64,000 nt of DNA from Callorhinchus milii (Eukaryota), in the NCBI RefSeq assembly GCF_018977255.1, contig NW_024704742.1, positions 130,946,001 through 131,010,000 of the forward strand, read 5' to 3'. Shown in pieces: positions 63,574 through 64,000 of this stretch. How positions within the stretch are numbered: position 1 is the stretch's first letter; the number at the start of each line of letters is the position of its first letter. Both the position numbers and the translations under genes were made by a program. The notes below the pieces were generated by a model. The model saw only the letters and a program-made list of their open reading frames with translations, was not told where the DNA came from and did not search any database.

Positions 63574-64000
63574 AGTCTTCTAGATCACAATAGTACAACA
63601 AAGCCATAATATAACAGAAACCCAGTGCCATGGGACATCCTCCCGACGTGGAATACAAATGTAATTTTGTATTGTATTGTATACTGTTCTAGATCAACAT
63701 AGAATAAAGCATAGAATACTGTTATAGATTAATATTACATCATAAAGTATAACATACTGTTAAACACACGTTATTATCAGAAATTTGTAACATTCTGATC
63801 AGTTTCACACCATAATGCATAAAATACCCTTATAGATAACATTGCACCTTGCAATATAACACACTATTTCAGCTTAATGTAGCATCATAATGTAAAACAT
63901 ACTGGCTTAGATTAATGTAGTTCTACAAAATATAACATACAGGTGAATGTGATACCATGAAGTAAAGAACATTGTATTAGATCAATGTGATGCAATGTCA

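Overview
Repeat-rich eukaryotic DNA. The SINE/LINE repertoire suggests a cartilaginous fish, possibly a chimaera (inference). One gene dominates: the 3' half of CELF4 (BRUNOL4) on the minus strand, with six coding exons (62801-62654, 58640-58491, 40207-40142, 33503-33423, 30061-29918, 23079-22952). All have AG/GT borders and consistent phases, and together encode the linker plus RRM3 ending ...[11 protein letters not shown] 3'-UTR intron starts 38 nt after the stop, and an AU-rich terminal exon (~10790-8230) ends at AATAAA. The rest is tRNA-derived SINEs, CR1/L2 LINE fragments, a Penelope-like inverted repeat, unclassified repeats and minisatellites. The best leads are candidate CELF4 post-transcriptional controls: a 465-nt 3'-UTR cassette exon predicted to trigger NMD, a poison exon flanked by UGCAUG, an in-frame RRM3-truncating donor, and an intronic CpG island with an in-frame ATG and strong donor. 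Also notable are a minimal hammerhead-ribozyme core in the sense strand, tandem intronic hairpins and PBX/MEIS motif clusters. None of these hypotheses can be confirmed from sequence alone. Repeat boundaries are approximate.
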